NCBI GenBank assembly: GCA_030656615.1
Contig: JAUSOY010000061.1
Coordinates: forward strand, 25,319 to 89,318
Direction of reading: 5' to 3'
DNA: 64,000 nucleotides
Source: Bacteroidales bacterium
GTDB lineage: Bacteria; Bacteroidota; Bacteroidia; Bacteroidales; TTA-H9
Position numbers and translations under genes: made by a program. Each line of letters starts with the position of its first letter. Positions within the stretch are counted from its first letter, which is position 1. Shown here in pieces: positions 20,045 through 30,307 of this stretch. The notes beneath the pieces are model-generated. The model was not told where the DNA came from and did not search any database. It worked only from the letters and a program-made list of their open reading frames with translations.

Positions 20045-21397
20045 ATGCGTTTCTATATACTATTCGTTATCACTGTATTCTCGCTGCCGGCATATACTAT
20101 CGGATCAACATCCAACGCTTCTATTGACAGTTTGCTGGATCTTCATTTTGAAGTACGTAATAAAGACCGCGTTAAAGCACTTGCGGTAGCCAATATGGCA
20201 CTCGAGTACTCACGGGCTGCCTCCGATATGCATAATATGGCCGTTTCTCTGGAATGTATCGCATATTGCCATTATACGAATGGCGATTTTGAAAGTGCCA
20301 AATCGTATTATATTCAGGCATTGGCTGTTTATTCGGAAAATGCAGAAAAAACAGGAATTGCAAGTGTTTATAATAATATCGGACTGATCGAACAGGATCA
20401 GGGAAGTTTTGGAAAAGCACTGCTTCATTTCAAGAAAGCTTTGAAAGTGGATGAGACAGCTGTTTATTCTGTAGGAGATTCATATACCTTAAACAATATA
20501 GGTACGATATATCTATATAAGGGGCATCATCAAAAAGCGCTATCATATTTTGAATTAGCTATGGAAATTGCTGTAAGAGAAAATGATACAGAAGGCAGAA
20601 TCAATTATTACAATAATATTGGATTGGTTTACCAGTCAGTTCAGGAACTCCGAAAAGCAGAAATTTCATTTAATAATGCACTTCGTCTGGCCAAAAATAA
20701 CAACGACCAATTCTCGGCTGCTATAGCCCTGATAAATATCGGCAATATTTTCCGCGACAAAAAGGATTTTTCTAAGGCACAAAAAACATTCAATCAGGCT
20801 CTTGAGATTATTGACCAATTGGATGATTCTGATTTGTTAACTGAGTGTTATATGGCTATGGCCGATGCCCACCAGATAAACCACAATTATAAAGAATCAA
20901 ACAAAATCATCCTTAAAGCCATGAAGTCAAATGAACTTACTGGAAATCAACGAAAAGCAGGTTTCCTTTTATTCATGACTGGTAAAAATCTCTTTTATGA
21001 TGGTTATTTTTCGCCATCACTCGATTATTTTAGGCAAGGATTACATATTTCTAAGAATCTGGGATTGATGCCTTTATCAGCAGAAATTTATCAACAAATG
21101 GCAATTGCATTGGCAGCAATTACAGAATATGACAGTGCTGCACGATGCATATCACTCTTTGGTGAACTTTCTGCAAAAATGTCTTTGCCGGAAGATCGAC
21201 TCGATAGCCTTGGAATAGAAGATCAGGACACCCTTCAAAAAATACTCCCACAAACGCCTCAACAACCTAAAAGTAAGGTTTCGTTCTCCTATGGAAAGAT
21301 ATTGACTGCACTGGCTTTGTTTTGGGGCCTTTTACTAGCGTTTCTTTTTCTTTACCGATGGATAAAAAAACATAAGAATGAAAGGAATCCTTCATAA
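20045..21397 (+). CDS. tetratricopeptide-repeat protein with C-terminal TM anchor
   Basis: Signal peptide, multiple TPR-like units (YNNIGL..., LNNIGTIY..., LINIGNIF...) and a C-terminal hydrophobic helix (ALALFWGLLLAFLFLY). Confidence 0.8.
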   Translation: MRFYILFVITVFSLPAYTIGSTSNASIDSLLDLHFEVRNKDRVKALAVANMALEYSRAASDMHNMAVSLECIAYCHYTNGDFESAKSYYIQALAVYSENAEKTGIASVYNNIGLIEQDQGSFGKALLHFKKALKVDETAVYSVGDSYTLNNIGTIYLYKGHHQKALSYFELAMEIAVRENDTEGRINYYNNIGLVYQSVQELRKAEISFNNALRLAKNNNDQFSAAIALINIGNIFRDKKDFSKAQKTFNQALEIIDQLDDSDLLTECYMAMADAHQINHNYKESNKIILKAMKSNELTGNQRKAGFLLFMTGKNLFYDGYFSPSLDYFRQGLHISKNLGLMPLSAEIYQQMAIALAAITEYDSAARCISLFGELSAKMSLPEDRLDSLGIEDQDTLQKILPQTPQQPKSKVSFSYGKILTALALFWGLLLAFLFLYRWIKKHKNERNPS

Positions 21398-21423
21398 AAC
21401 AGTGATCTTTCCAAACGAATTTA

Positions 21424-21431
21424 TATTTTTG
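21424..21431 (+). promoter_or_regulatory. -7 box TATTTTTG upstream of lipoprotein gene
   Basis: Matches TAnnTTTG, 23 nt before the ATG. Confidence 0.45.
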
Positions 21432-21453
21432 TAAGAGTATTAAAACACAACCA

Positions 21454-21858
21454 ATGAAAGCATTTATTCGTTACAGCCTGATCCTGACGATTATTTCCAG
21501 TATTATTTTCGTCTCCTGCACGCAGGACGATGTTCAGCGCCCGGTAACCCAATATACTGTAAAGTATCAACTTAGTAGCAAAATGGACACTACCTCAGGG
21601 TTTTACCTCACATATTTTAACCCAAAGTACGCAAATCTGGTATCTGAATATTTTGCAGATATTAAAAGCTGGACGTATGAGTTTAAAGGTAAAACATTCG
21701 ACCATTTGTATCTTGAAGCATATTCGGTGCACGATAGTTCACGTTTTGATATCAGTATTTATGTAAACGGCCAATCGGTTGTTACCGCCATGGACAGCTG
21801 TCCATGGCCCATAAAATGTGATACCAACCGGGTTTCGGTCAAATACACCCTTCAGTAA
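21454..21858 (+). CDS. hypothetical lipoprotein
   Basis: 134 aa with a lipoprotein signal (ISSIIFVSCTQDD) and a TAnnTTTG box 23 nt upstream. Confidence 0.55.
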   Translation: MKAFIRYSLILTIISSIIFVSCTQDDVQRPVTQYTVKYQLSSKMDTTSGFYLTYFNPKYANLVSEYFADIKSWTYEFKGKTFDHLYLEAYSVHDSSRFDISIYVNGQSVVTAMDSCPWPIKCDTNRVSVKYTLQ

Positions 21859-21911
21859 ACATCTAGAAACCTTGCTTCCGCGAGGTTTTTTTATACCCAA
21901 ACAATACTTCC

Positions 21912-22610
21912 ATGGCAAACGTCGAAAAATACAAATTGATAAATGCTGCTCTGCCGGGAATGTTTTTTGGAATCATCATGAGTATCTTGATGGTATGGGC
22001 ATACTATGGCCATATTGATATCGGTTTTTTAGGAATTCACCCATTGCACACCGATGGCCTGCCAGGAATATTGACAGCTCCTTTTGTGCATTCCGGTTTC
22101 GATCATTTATATTCAAACCTTATTCCGTTTATATTTTTATCCGCTTTATTATTCCATTTTTACCGAAGTATTGCCTGGGAAGTTTTCTCGCTGATTTGGA
22201 TCATAACTGGCACACTGGTATGGATGGGCGCCCGCGAAAACTGGCATATTGGAGCCAGTGGTGTTGTATATGGCCTGGCTGTGTTCCATGTAAGCAGTGG
22301 AATTGTGCGTCGCGATAATCGCTTAATGGCCATTAGTTTTCTTACCATTTTTCTTTATGGTGGAATGCTTTGGGGGATTTTTCCGGAATTTTTTCCAGGC
22401 AAGCGTATCTCATGGGAGTCGCATCTTGCTGGAGCGATTACTGGATTAATCCTGGCAATTTACTATAGAAAAGAGGGACCTGTAAAAATGATTTACCACT
22501 GGGATGAGGACGAGGACGATCCGGAAACTGACACCGAAGACGCTTATTGGAAAGATACGACCTCAACGCATCCTCAGCAGGGAACGGAAATCAGATATCA
22601 TACCGACTAG
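21912..22610 (+). CDS. rhomboid-family intramembrane serine protease
   Basis: Polytopic protein with a catalytic GxSG (HIGASGVVYG) and a downstream His (SHLAGAITG). Confidence 0.8.
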   Translation: MANVEKYKLINAALPGMFFGIIMSILMVWAYYGHIDIGFLGIHPLHTDGLPGILTAPFVHSGFDHLYSNLIPFIFLSALLFHFYRSIAWEVFSLIWIITGTLVWMGARENWHIGASGVVYGLAVFHVSSGIVRRDNRLMAISFLTIFLYGGMLWGIFPEFFPGKRISWESHLAGAITGLILAIYYRKEGPVKMIYHWDEDEDDPETDTEDAYWKDTTSTHPQQGTEIRYHTD

Positions 22611-22730
22611 TAATTGATAGTAACATTCACAAAAGCACAAAAAACAAAGCATTAAAGGTACCCTGCACTTTTTCATTAAAAAAATCGTTCTCTTTTATAC
22701 CTAACCAATGAAAACCAAAAAGCAAAACCT

Positions 22731-23831
22731 ATGAAAAAATTTCTTACGTTATTAATGACATTATTGATTCTTGGATCTTGTACCAATTCAGACAAGTACA
22801 AGATTACAGGAAACATTCAGGGCCTGACCGATGGCATTGCATATCTGCAGGTTTACAGTGATAATGGGTTTGTTTCCATCGATTCTACAGCGGTTACTCA
22901 GGGCAATTTCACATTCGAGGGCGAAAAAGAATCTCCCGAATTTGTTTTTGTAACTTTTAAAGGAGGCTCCACCGGACAGTTATCTTTTTTTCTCGAAAAT
23001 TCAAAAATATCCATCACAGGAAATATCGACAGTCTCAAAAATATTAAAGTAGCTGGCTCAAAAGCCCACGACGTTTTATCGAACTACAATAAAGAGATTG
23101 AAGTATACCAAAATCGGCAAAGCGAACTGTATACGCAATATAAAAATGCTGAATCAGAAGGTGATACAGTTATTATGAAAAATATTTCAACTATATGGGA
23201 TAATCTGGATCTCGAACAGAAAAAATTCACCTCCGATTTCATTACAAATAATAATAAATCGGATGTGGCCCCTTACCTAGTTTTAAGAAAATTGATTTAT
23301 GATATTTCAGTACAAAGCCTCGATTCGCTTACCGCAACTTTTTCTCCTGCTCTGGACCATTCCGTCTATGTTAAAAAACTGAAGGACAGAGTTGAGATTC
23401 TTAAAAAAGTTGAAATAGGGCAAGCGGCTCCTGACTTTTCGCTTGCAGATACCAGCGGCAATATTATCAGTTTGTCGGGTTTTAAAGGGAAATATGTATT
23501 AGTAGATTTTTGGGCATCATGGTGCAGTCCATGCCGTGCTGAAAATCCAAACCTTGTAAAGGCCTATGCAGAATTTAATCCATTGGGCCTCGAAATTCTG
23601 GGTGTATCACTGGATAAGGACCGCGATAAATGGATTAATGCCATACATTCAGACCACCTTACCTGGTATCATGCTTCCGACCTTAAAGGTTGGCAGTGCG
23701 CTCCTGCAGCTATGTACGGTGTAAATGCCATCCCCCATTCTGTACTTATTAATCCTGACGGAATAATAATCGCCAAAAAGCTAAGTGGCGAAGCCCTCCA
23801 AAACAAATTAAGCGAATTGCTCAAAAAATAA
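22731..23831 (+). CDS. TlpA-family thiol:disulfide oxidoreductase lipoprotein
   Basis: Lipoprotein signal (LILGSCTN). C-terminal thioredoxin fold with a CxxC (FWASWCSPCRAE). Confidence 0.85.
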   Translation: MKKFLTLLMTLLILGSCTNSDKYKITGNIQGLTDGIAYLQVYSDNGFVSIDSTAVTQGNFTFEGEKESPEFVFVTFKGGSTGQLSFFLENSKISITGNIDSLKNIKVAGSKAHDVLSNYNKEIEVYQNRQSELYTQYKNAESEGDTVIMKNISTIWDNLDLEQKKFTSDFITNNNKSDVAPYLVLRKLIYDISVQSLDSLTATFSPALDHSVYVKKLKDRVEILKKVEIGQAAPDFSLADTSGNIISLSGFKGKYVLVDFWASWCSPCRAENPNLVKAYAEFNPLGLEILGVSLDKDRDKWINAIHSDHLTWYHASDLKGWQCAPAAMYGVNAIPHSVLINPDGIIIAKKLSGEALQNKLSELLKK

Positions 23832-23840
23832 TTCTTATCA

Positions 23841-23862
23841 AAGGCCCCTCGGGGCCTTTTTT
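23841..23862 (+). terminator. intrinsic terminator of tlpA-like gene
   Basis: aaggcccc-tc-ggggcctt followed by TTTT. Confidence 0.8.
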
Positions 23863-23914
23863 GTTTGTATTAAACCAAAACAGCGCTTAACTTGTCTGGT
23901 AACTTCAAAAAGAA

Positions 23915-23922
23915 TAATTTTG
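23915..23922 (+). promoter_or_regulatory. -7 box TAATTTTG upstream of feoAB
   Basis: Matches TAnnTTTG, 24 nt before the ATG. Confidence 0.5.
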
Positions 23923-23945
23923 CAATTTAAACTCTGTCTAAATTA

Positions 23946-26432
23946 ATGTATACCTTAAATGAACTTCCGCAAGGAGCCTCTGCCATAATCACAAAGGTTA
24001 GAGGAAGAGGTGCATTCAGAAGGCGAATCATGGAAATGGGGTTTGTGGCTGGGAAAAAACTCACAACGGTCCGTAAAGCTCCCCTTCAGGATCCGGTGGA
24101 ATATAACATTATGGGATACAATGTTACGCTTAGAAACTCGGAGGCTGCACTCATTGAAATAAAAAGTATTGATCCTGAATTTCCAGATGGTGAAAAAACC
24201 GCATATAGCGGAACTTTTCAGGAAGGTGAAATAAAAACAAACGGTATTCCGAAGAGTAAGCAAATTAATGTAGCTCTGGTAGGAAATCCGAATTCAGGAA
24301 AAACAACACTTTTCAATCAGGCCAGTGGTTCGCATGAAAAAGTTGGTAATTATAGTGGGGTTACTGTTAGCGCAAAAGAGGCCATTATCAAACATAAAGG
24401 TTATACAATCGTATTAACCGACCTGCCGGGTACTTATTCCATTACTTCATATACTCCGGAAGAAGTTTTCGTAAGAAATCATATTTTAAATCAACTACCT
24501 GACGTAGTCCTGAATATCGTTGATTCTTCCAATCTGGAACGTAATCTATATTTAACGACGCAGCTCATTGATATGGACACCCGGGTAGTGATGGCGTTAA
24601 ACATGTACGACGAACTCCAGAAAAAAGGGGATGAACTCAATCATGTTGCTCTTGGTAAGCTCTTGGGTATTCCGATGGTTCCAACCATTGGTAGCAAAGG
24701 AAGAGGTATTACAGAACTTCTCGATCGCATCATTGAAGTATATGAAGACCGAGACCCTATTGTAAGGCATATCCATGTAAATTATGGGCCTGTCATTGAA
24801 AAGAGCATCCGTGCAATACAAGAACCCTTGCGTTTACCGGCAAATTCCATCCTGACCGATCAAATTTCGTCCAGGTTTCTGGCTATTAAATTACTTGAGA
24901 AAGATAAAGTTGAAATAGAAAGGGCAAAAATCTGTGTCAATGCTGATGAGGTGCTTCGCATTGCAGCAATAGAGCAAAAACGCATCGAAAGTCTGACCAG
25001 TGAATCAGCAGAAAGCTGTATAACCGATGCAAAATATGGCTTTATACATGGGGCTTTGAAAGAAACAATTATCCTGAGTCCTATACAGGAAAGAAGAACA
25101 AGTGAAATAATTGACACATTTATTACCCATAAAGTATTCGGACTTCCTGTTTTCGTATTTCTAATGTGGCTGATGTTTGAAGCAACATTTACGCTTGGCA
25201 GTTATCCCATGTCATGGATAGAATACGGCATGGATGGCCTGGCTAATATTGCAGGAAGCACATTAAATGAGGGCATGTTTAAAGACCTGTTGGTCAATGG
25301 AATTATTGGTGGAATCGGTGGAGTAATTGTTTTTCTGCCAAACATTTTACTCTTATTTTTCTTCATTTCTTTAATGGAAGACACCGGTTATATGGCGCGA
25401 GCGGTATTTATCATGGATAAAATCATGCATAAAATCGGCCTTCATGGAAAATCATTTATCCCTCTTTTAATGGGATTTGGATGTACTGTCCCGGCCATTA
25501 TGGCAACCCGAACACTGGAAAACCGGAATGACCGTTTGATTACTATGCTCATTAATCCATTTATATCGTGCAGTGCTCGTTTGCCTGTTTATATTCTTTT
25601 GATTTCTGCATTTTTCCCCGGCAATTCCGGAACCATTCTTTTCCTTATTTATTCGTTGGGAGTGTTTGTTGCAGTGATTACGGCCTTATTACTAAAAAAA
25701 ACGATGTTTAAAGCGGAACAGGTGCCTTTTGTTATGGAGCTACCCCCCTACCGCATCCCAACCTCAAGAGTAATTGTTTCGCACATGTGGGACAAAGCCG
25801 TTCAATATCTGCAGAAAATTGGTGGAGTAATATTAATTGCCTCAATTATTATATGGGCACTCGGATATTTCCCGACAAATGTATCGTACAGCCAGGATTA
25901 TAATGCACAAATAAAAGAGCTTCAGTCATCTCAAAATCTTGAAGGCAATAAGAATATCATTCATCAACTCGAATTAAAACGCAAAAAAGAAAAACAAGAA
26001 CAATCATACATCAGTAGCTTGGGTAAATTAATAGAGCCCGCAATTGCACCCCTAGGATTCGACTGGAAAATGGGTATCAGCATTATCGCTGGTGTTGCAG
26101 GAAAAGAAATTGTAGTAAGTACGATGGGGGTTTTGTATGAAAGTGATATTACTTCTGATGAAATTGGAAACAGCAATCTGGTCAGCAAACTCCAGACTCA
26201 GGTTCATACAGAGGGTAAGCGCAAGGGACTTCCTGTTTTTACAAGTCTTACAGCTATATCGTTCATGATATTTGTATTACTGTATTTTCCTTGCATGTCT
26301 ACCATTGTAGTTATCGCCAATGAATCCGGAAGCTGGAAATGGGGCATGTTTGCAATAATATACACCTCCGGTATTGCCTGGTTAGCGTCTTTCGTTGTAT
26401 ATCAGGGTGGGCTTTTACTTGGAATGATATGA
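23946..26432 (+). CDS. feoB: ferrous iron transporter FeoB with N-terminal FeoA fusion
   Basis: FeoA-like SH3 segment (LPQGASAIITKVRG...VEYNIMGYNVTLR), G-domain (GNPNSGKTTLFN, DLPGTYS) and a polytopic permease. Confidence 0.95.
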   Translation: MYTLNELPQGASAIITKVRGRGAFRRRIMEMGFVAGKKLTTVRKAPLQDPVEYNIMGYNVTLRNSEAALIEIKSIDPEFPDGEKTAYSGTFQEGEIKTNGIPKSKQINVALVGNPNSGKTTLFNQASGSHEKVGNYSGVTVSAKEAIIKHKGYTIVLTDLPGTYSITSYTPEEVFVRNHILNQLPDVVLNIVDSSNLERNLYLTTQLIDMDTRVVMALNMYDELQKKGDELNHVALGKLLGIPMVPTIGSKGRGITELLDRIIEVYEDRDPIVRHIHVNYGPVIEKSIRAIQEPLRLPANSILTDQISSRFLAIKLLEKDKVEIERAKICVNADEVLRIAAIEQKRIESLTSESAESCITDAKYGFIHGALKETIILSPIQERRTSEIIDTFITHKVFGLPVFVFLMWLMFEATFTLGSYPMSWIEYGMDGLANIAGSTLNEGMFKDLLVNGIIGGIGGVIVFLPNILLLFFFISLMEDTGYMARAVFIMDKIMHKIGLHGKSFIPLLMGFGCTVPAIMATRTLENRNDRLITMLINPFISCSARLPVYILLISAFFPGNSGTILFLIYSLGVFVAVITALLLKKTMFKAEQVPFVMELPPYRIPTSRVIVSHMWDKAVQYLQKIGGVILIASIIIWALGYFPTNVSYSQDYNAQIKELQSSQNLEGNKNIIHQLELKRKKEKQEQSYISSLGKLIEPAIAPLGFDWKMGISIIAGVAGKEIVVSTMGVLYESDITSDEIGNSNLVSKLQTQVHTEGKRKGLPVFTSLTAISFMIFVLLYFPCMSTIVVIANESGSWKWGMFAIIYTSGIAWLASFVVYQGGLLLGMI

Positions 26433-26451
26433 TTTTCAATTAGCGTAAAGC

Positions 26452-26480
26452 AAAAAACCCGGTTCAATTCCGGGCTTTTT
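26452..26480. terminator. terminator between convergent feoB and etfA
   Basis: cccgg-ttcaatt-ccggg with an upstream A-run and a downstream T-run. Confidence 0.6.
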
Positions 26481-26499
26481 ACTTTTAATAAGTATATAA

Positions 26500-27474
26500 T
26501 CAGCCAGCCGATTTATGCTTTTTGATAGCAGCTACCAGATCGGGAAGAACTTTATGTACATCACCGATGATTCCATAATCCGCCGTTTCAAAAATAGGAG
26601 CTTCCGGATCTTTATTGATAGCAACAATAACCTTTGCTCCGCTTACTCCAGCAACATGCTGAATAGCGCCAGAAATTCCGCAGGCGATATAAAGATTTGG
26701 AGAAATAATTTTTCCGGTCTGACCAACATGTTCGCTATGTGAGCGCCAGCCTTCGTCAGAAACGGGCCTCGAGCAAGCCAGGGCTCCACCAAGTTCTGAA
26801 GCTAATTCTTCGAGGGGTTTCCACTGTTCGGGGCCCTTCATTCCTCTACCTCCTGAGATTACTACATCTGCTTCGGTCAGCAACAATTTTGATGCAGCCT
26901 GCTTTCTATCCAGGATACGGGTTTTAATTTCTGCGGAAGGTTCTGCCTGAACTTCTACCATTGTGGCTGAGTTTCCGTATTCTTTCACCGGGATGGCATT
27001 TCCGGAGATAAGCAATACCTTTTGGGGAGTATTCATTTGCACATGAGCAATTGCTTTCCCGGTAAAGGCGAACTTTGGAACTACGAAAGGATCCTTGGTC
27101 AGTGGCAAACCAGTTACGCCGGTCACCAATCCGCAATTAAGCAAAGCGGCCAGGCCAGGTCCCAGGGTTCTTCCTGCTACTGTAGATGCAAATAATATTA
27201 CGTCGTAATTCGTTGCAACTTTCTGGAGCGCTTTAATCAGAAACATCGCATCAGAAGTCTCCGTATTCAACTTCATATATACAAAAGAATCTGCTCCAAA
27301 TTTCCCAATACGTTCCAATTCGCCAGCTTCTGGTTTTTGAAATGCAGCAACATCCACATTTCCCTGGGGTGTATTTTGCAAAGCACGTGCATAAGCGAGT
27401 TGCTCAAGCGCTGCCTTTTTAAATTTTCCGTCTCTAAGTTCGGTATATACTAATACTTTCATGGAATTTTGCAT
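26500..27474 (-). CDS. etfA: electron transfer flavoprotein subunit alpha
   Basis: 324 aa with a C-terminal FAD-binding region (YIACGISGAIQHVAGV...). Confidence 0.9.
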   Translation of the reverse strand: MQNSMKVLVYTELRDGKFKKAALEQLAYARALQNTPQGNVDVAAFQKPEAGELERIGKFGADSFVYMKLNTETSDAMFLIKALQKVATNYDVILFASTVAGRTLGPGLAALLNCGLVTGVTGLPLTKDPFVVPKFAFTGKAIAHVQMNTPQKVLLISGNAIPVKEYGNSATMVEVQAEPSAEIKTRILDRKQAASKLLLTEADVVISGGRGMKGPEQWKPLEELASELGGALACSRPVSDEGWRSHSEHVGQTGKIISPNLYIACGISGAIQHVAGVSGAKVIVAINKDPEAPIFETADYGIIGDVHKVLPDLVAAIKKHKSAG

Positions 27475-27494
27475 TAAATTATTAAGCCTAAAAT

Positions 27495-28244
27495 TTAAAT
27501 CACCTTCGCCTCATTATGCAATAAATTTACAAGTTCCGATACATTATCGGGCTCGACAAATTTACACGCGGCACGAGATTTAGGCATTTCAAATGAAACC
27601 ATTTGGGTACGGGCTGTTGATTCTGTGCCTTGAATGACCTGCAATGATTTGGTACGTGCTGACATAATTCCACGCATGGATGGAATCCGGGGTTGAAGTG
27701 CAAAACCTTTTTGAATAACGGCGAGCGTTGTTCCATCGGCTTCCACGGTCTGTGAGGCTCCATCAACATCACGCTCAAACTTAAATTTACTGTTTTCGAG
27801 GCTTATGCCAGAAACGGCCGTTATCAGAGCGATATCCAAAAACCCAGCCAGCATACTGCCGGTATAACCGCCATTAAAATCGCTGGATTCGAGCCCTGCT
27901 AAAATCAGGTGATATGAATTCTCGGCGAAATAATCGGCCAGCATAGAAGCCACACCAAATCCATCCGAAGGATCTCCTTGTATTCGAATTGCTTTCTCGG
28001 CACCAATGGCGAGGCATTTGCGCAGTGTTGGTTCAACACCGGCATCTCCTACACAAATAACATCAACCGAAGAAACATTACCGCCAGAAATTTCTTTAAG
28101 TTCTACCGCTCTTGTAAGAGCGAGTTCGTCCCATGGATTAATAATCCATTGAACTCCTGAATAATCCACCGACGTCATCGAAGCATTAAACTTGATTTTT
28201 GTGGTGGTATCGGGTACGTTGCTAATACATACTGCAATTTTCAT
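27495..28244 (-). CDS. etfB: electron transfer flavoprotein subunit beta
   Basis: 249 aa with a typical EtfB N-terminus (MKIAVCISNVPDTTTKI...INPWDE). Confidence 0.9.
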   Translation of the reverse strand: MKIAVCISNVPDTTTKIKFNASMTSVDYSGVQWIINPWDELALTRAVELKEISGGNVSSVDVICVGDAGVEPTLRKCLAIGAEKAIRIQGDPSDGFGVASMLADYFAENSYHLILAGLESSDFNGGYTGSMLAGFLDIALITAVSGISLENSKFKFERDVDGASQTVEADGTTLAVIQKGFALQPRIPSMRGIMSARTKSLQVIQGTESTARTQMVSFEMPKSRAACKFVEPDNVSELVNLLHNEAKVI

Positions 28245-28273
28245 ACAGAAATAAGATTAGAGATGATATTAAA

Positions 28274-29413
28274 TTATTTTAGAAGATCACGTGAAATTAC
28301 AATTTTCTGAATTTCAGAAGTTCCCTCATAAATTTGAGTGAGTTTAGCTTCCCGCATCAGTCTTTCAACGTGATACTCTTTTACATATCCATAACCACCA
28401 TGAATTTGAACCGCTTCTGTGGTAACATACATGGCAGTTTCGGCGGCATACAATTTAGCATAAGCACTTGCAACACCATAAGGCAGATGTTGGTCCTTTA
28501 GCCATGCGGCTTTTAATACAATCAGGCGGGCTGCTTCTGTTCTTGCCGCCATATCGGCCAATTTGAATGCAATAGCCTGATGATTAGCAATTTCTGTTCC
28601 AAATGCTTTTCTTTGCTGAGCATACTTAATTGATAATTCCAGCGCACCTGAGGCAAAGCCCAGAGCCTGAGCGGCAATACCGATTCGACCTCCATCAAGG
28701 GTTGACATCGCGAATTTGAAACCAAAACCATCGTCACCAATCCGATTTTCTTTGGGAACTTTAACATCGGTAAACATCACTGAATGCGTATCGCTAGAGC
28801 GCATTCCCATTTTATTCTCATGGGGTCCGAGACTAATTCCCGGAGCATGTCTATCAACGATAAAAGCATTAATTCCTTTATGTTTTTTCTCGGGATGAGT
28901 TTGAGCAATCACTAAATATGTTCCGGCAGAATCAGCACTGGTAATCCAGTTTTTCGTTCCATTAAGCAGATAATGATCTTCCTTTTCTTCGGCTACGGTG
29001 CGTTGCGAAGTAGCATCTGAACCTGCTTCAGGCTCTGATAATAAAAATGCTCCCATCTTTTCACCACGTGCCAATGGACGTAAAAACTTTTGTTTTTGGA
29101 ATTCATTACCGTAAGTTTCGAGGCCCCAGCATACTAAAGAATTATTGACTGACATTATTACGGATACCGAACCATCGACTTTCGAAATTTCTTCCATCGC
29201 CAGAACATACGAGACGGCATCCATTCCTCCTCCATCATATGCAGGATCGACCATCATCCCCATAAAACCAAGTTCAGCTAGCGCTTTCACATGTTTTGTA
29301 GGGTAAATTGCATTGTCATCTCTTTCGATAACATCTTGAATTAGCTCCCGCTGAGCGTAGTCACGGGCTGCTTGCTGAATCATCAGCTGTTCTTCGGTGA
29401 ATTTGAAATCCAT
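28274..29413 (-). CDS. acyl-CoA dehydrogenase (short/butyryl-CoA type)
   Basis: 379 aa with ACAD signatures (LSEPEAGSD, GTKNWITS, QIHGGYGY...IYEGTSEIQ). Confidence 0.95.
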   Translation of the reverse strand: MDFKFTEEQLMIQQAARDYAQRELIQDVIERDDNAIYPTKHVKALAELGFMGMMVDPAYDGGGMDAVSYVLAMEEISKVDGSVSVIMSVNNSLVCWGLETYGNEFQKQKFLRPLARGEKMGAFLLSEPEAGSDATSQRTVAEEKEDHYLLNGTKNWITSADSAGTYLVIAQTHPEKKHKGINAFIVDRHAPGISLGPHENKMGMRSSDTHSVMFTDVKVPKENRIGDDGFGFKFAMSTLDGGRIGIAAQALGFASGALELSIKYAQQRKAFGTEIANHQAIAFKLADMAARTEAARLIVLKAAWLKDQHLPYGVASAYAKLYAAETAMYVTTEAVQIHGGYGYVKEYHVERLMREAKLTQIYEGTSEIQKIVISRDLLK

Positions 29414-29521
29414 GATTTTTACTTTTGAATATAAATATATGAATATTTTATGATTTAGCCACCTTTCAATGAAATTGTTTTTAACCTATTCAAGAAATCA
29501 GGAAAATATTCGATCCAGAAT

Positions 29522-30307
29522 TTAGACTTTTAAACTTTTTAAAAAGTCAGCCATACTTGTAGTAACGAACTTTTCCATTTCTAAATGTGGTATATGTCCG
29601 CATTTTTCGATAAATATTTTTTCCTTATTGCCTTGAACTCTTTTTTGAATTTCGTCCCACTGCTTCATCGTGGCAAAATGATCTCTGTCGCCCTGAATAA
29701 ATAGCAAAGGTGCCTTTATTTTTATCAAATCATCCAGCATTTGCCATTGCAAACCAACCTCTGAAAGCCATAAACGTATCCACTCCTGAAAAAGAATTCC
29801 GGCTTTATCACCATGATATTTTTTGAGTTTATGTGTCAATATTCCCGATTCCCACAATTGCCGGGTTTGCAACAAACCTAAACGTGTTTCTTCCTCAATC
29901 AATACATGCGGAGCTTCAACAATTACAGCCTTTACATCCAATCGGGGATCAGATGCAGCATACAAAGCAATACTGCCACCATCGCTGTGACCCAGAAGAA
30001 TCACTGGTTGATGAATGCCTGCTTTTTGCAAAACATCTGGAAGTTCCCGGGCTTCTTCCTTAAGAAAATCAATCGAAAGAGAGCTTTGCCAGGCAGTGGA
30101 TTTCCCATAACCCTTTCTGTCATATAGAAAACCGGAATACCCTGTTAAAGCACAAAGTTTCTCCGGAAAACCTTTCCACATCTCGACGCACCCTAATCCT
30201 TCGTGTAAAAAAACAATGAGCGGCGAAGGAGCTGGCAATTCAGATTCAATAAATTGAGTGTATATTGAATGATTACCAATTTGAATAATTTTTTCATGAA
30301 TGCTCAT
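29522..30307 (-). CDS. alpha/beta-fold hydrolase
   Basis: Nucleophile elbow GHSDGG and a C-terminal His (KCGHIPH). Start set at MSIHEKI, a 14-nt overlap with the upstream gene. The longer start at 30340 is possible. Confidence 0.75.
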   Translation of the reverse strand: MSIHEKIIQIGNHSIYTQFIESELPAPSPLIVFLHEGLGCVEMWKGFPEKLCALTGYSGFLYDRKGYGKSTAWQSSLSIDFLKEEARELPDVLQKAGIHQPVILLGHSDGGSIALYAASDPRLDVKAVIVEAPHVLIEEETRLGLLQTRQLWESGILTHKLKKYHGDKAGILFQEWIRLWLSEVGLQWQMLDDLIKIKAPLLFIQGDRDHFATMKQWDEIQKRVQGNKEKIFIEKCGHIPHLEMEKFVTTSMADFLKSLKV